DNA from: Centroscyllium fabricii
Taxonomy: Eukaryota
NCBI GenBank assembly: GCA_051313645.2
Contig: JBNRSN020000019.1
Coordinates: 6,200,001 to 6,264,000 of the forward strand
Length of the DNA: 64,000 nt
Reading direction: 5' to 3'
Within the stretch, counting starts at the first letter, position 1. The number at the start of each line of letters is the position of its first letter. A program made the translations under genes and the position numbers. The notes under the pieces were generated by a model. The model was not told where the DNA came from. It saw only the letters and a program-made list of their open reading frames with translations, and did not search any database. Below are positions 62,154 through 64,000 of this stretch, in pieces.

Positions 62154-62658
62154 CAGGTTGAGCACCGGTAATCCGGCACCCGATGGTCGGCACCCTCAGT
62201 GGTATGGCACGAATCGAAACCGGCGGTCTTCAGTTTGCGGAGCAGCCGCTTGGCGGTGCCACCATTTCCCACGAAGGGTGGGCGAGTGCCGAAGGCGTCG
62301 GGCGCTTGGGTTGCTTTTTTTTAGGTCTTGTAAGTGTTCTATCCCCGGGCTCCCTCCCGGGGAGTGTTCTACCCGCGCACTCCGGACCCCGGGGAGTGTA
62401 CTACCCGCGCACTCCGGGCCTCGGGGAGTGTTCTACCCGCGCACTCCGGGCCCCGGGGAGTGTTCTACCCGTGCACTCCAGGCCCCGGGGAGTGTTCTAC
62501 CCGCGCACTCCGGGCCCCGGGGAGTGTTCTACCCACACGCTCCGGGCCCCGGGGAGTGTTCTACCCGCGCGCACCCCCGAACCTTCAGTGGTTCAGAATT
62601 TTCAATGGTCCGGCACCGACCTGGTCCCGAGGGTGCCGGATTAACGGTGCTCAACCTG
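62154..62658. mobile_element. Tc1/mariner (pogo/Tigger-type) MITE with an internal 32-bp minisatellite
   Basis: 28-bp TIR CAGGTTGAGCACCG(G/T)TAATCCGGCACCC; TA on both sides; about 7 copies of CGGGGAGTGTTCTACCCGCGCACTCCGGGCCC. Confidence 0.92.
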
Positions 62659-64000
62659 TAGTTTGAACACACACCAAAATAAAAGTCATTACAATGGATC
62701 AATAATATTTCATTACCATGTTTGAATTGCAACATCCAGCACATATTTTTATCACCATTAAAAACTGGGGTAAGTGATGTAATTATCTGACTGGGCGATT
62801 TTAAATGGTCGATGTACCTTGTGCAGTGGAACTGATTGATAGAAAATGTATCGCAGTATGCTGTTATCATCAGTTTTGAGCTGAAGCTGGACATACTCAA
62901 TGTCCCATTTCCTGAACGATTCAGCAGCTCTTGTGGATTTGTTCATAGCTGTAAAGCAGAAGAAAGTGAAGGTTGGCCATAAATGAAATAATCTGAACCA
63001 GATCTGAGCAGTTATATAAGAGACAAAACCTGGAGTAGATGAGAAACACAAGCAGAGAAAGGAAGATTAACGAAGAGACAAATCTGACAAAAGGTATTGT
63101 AATAAAAGGGCAATTGGGCGGGAATATACCACATGGTTGACTTGAAGGTGGGGAATTTGGCAGCAAAGTACAAATATTTAATATTCAAGGTAAACATATG
63201 CTCATTAAGGAACCGATCGGATTAAAAGAAACCAAAACTTGTTGGAGCCCATCCAAAATGAGCCATCAATATAAATTCATTCAGACTAGTTTGCAGAGTG
63301 CTTTGTTTCATTTTAGATTAGTTCCAGTTGTTCTCCTGCGCATAATCATGGCACCACATTGATAGTGATTTCTGTACAGCTGACAACAACTAAGATTAAT
63401 CATTAATACACTAAACACAAGGTTGCCAAAATTCCGCTGTTGGCCAAACATGGCACAAACTGGCTGCCACGTTTCCTACATTTGAAGTGACTACACTTCA
63501 AAAAAAGTAATGAATTGCCTGCACGGCGCTTTGGGACATCCCGAGGTCATGAAAGGTGCTTCATAAATGCAAGTTCTTTTTTTTATGTACATTTCACTTC
63601 CCGTAATTTCCTGATATGCCAGTTGGTGGGCAAAGCTCTCCACTGGCACCGTGCACTGAGAAAATCAGCCCCCAGGGATCAACTTCTTTAAAGTGGCAAA
63701 ATAAATGAAATGACTGGGCTACACTTCCAGAAAAGAACTAATTTCCATTATAAAATATACAGATATTCCATAGACTTTGCTCGATGTAAAATATTTTCTA
63801 CGGCTTCAGATGCCTCTATTTCATGCAGCAGGTGAGAGGTTCAGAAAAGTCAGAAATGTCACTTCAAACAAACAGTAACTGTGCAGCTTCCAATAAAAAT
63901 CTGAAAGAATATTTGCCCAGATATTGCTGCCAAGCTAACGTCAAGTTTAATGCGCAAATCATCCAGCAATTTGTGGCCGTGCTTTGCGAATCGCCACAAG

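Noticed and set aside
62700-63200. Possible further ADAMTS exon in unique-looking sequence
   Set aside because: I found no TSP1 cysteine pattern with compatible splice sites.

Overview
Eukaryotic, repeat-dense vertebrate DNA; the repeat families (HE1/V-SINE-like, CR1, DeuSINE-like, Penelope) point to a cartilaginous fish, probably a shark (inference). The window is intronic sequence of a + strand gene with two clear thrombospondin type-1 exons (22741-22914, 40679-40849) that best match ADAMTS20 from memory. The rest is mostly nested mobile DNA: the 3' end of one Gypsy element (1-1906), a young intact 4.5-kb Gypsy with identical LTRs (2222-6734), a decayed relative (54698-59701), an internally deleted tRNA-Leu-primed Gypsy, five solo LTRs with TSDs, many Harbinger-type MITEs (3-bp TSD), two TA-flanked Tc1/mariner-type MITEs, Penelope pieces with hammerhead ribozymes, and LINE/SINE fragments. 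The best candidate for a novel system is the compact Gypsy lineage. Both near-complete copies lack a tRNA primer-binding site. In its place each has a 14-15 nt perfect antisense copy of its own LTR poly(A)-signal region, with different sequence but the same pairing in the two families. Both also have a non-canonical YLDN reverse-transcriptase active site and a tandem array of YY1-like motifs inside the ORF. All calls and alignments were made by eye; no database search was run.
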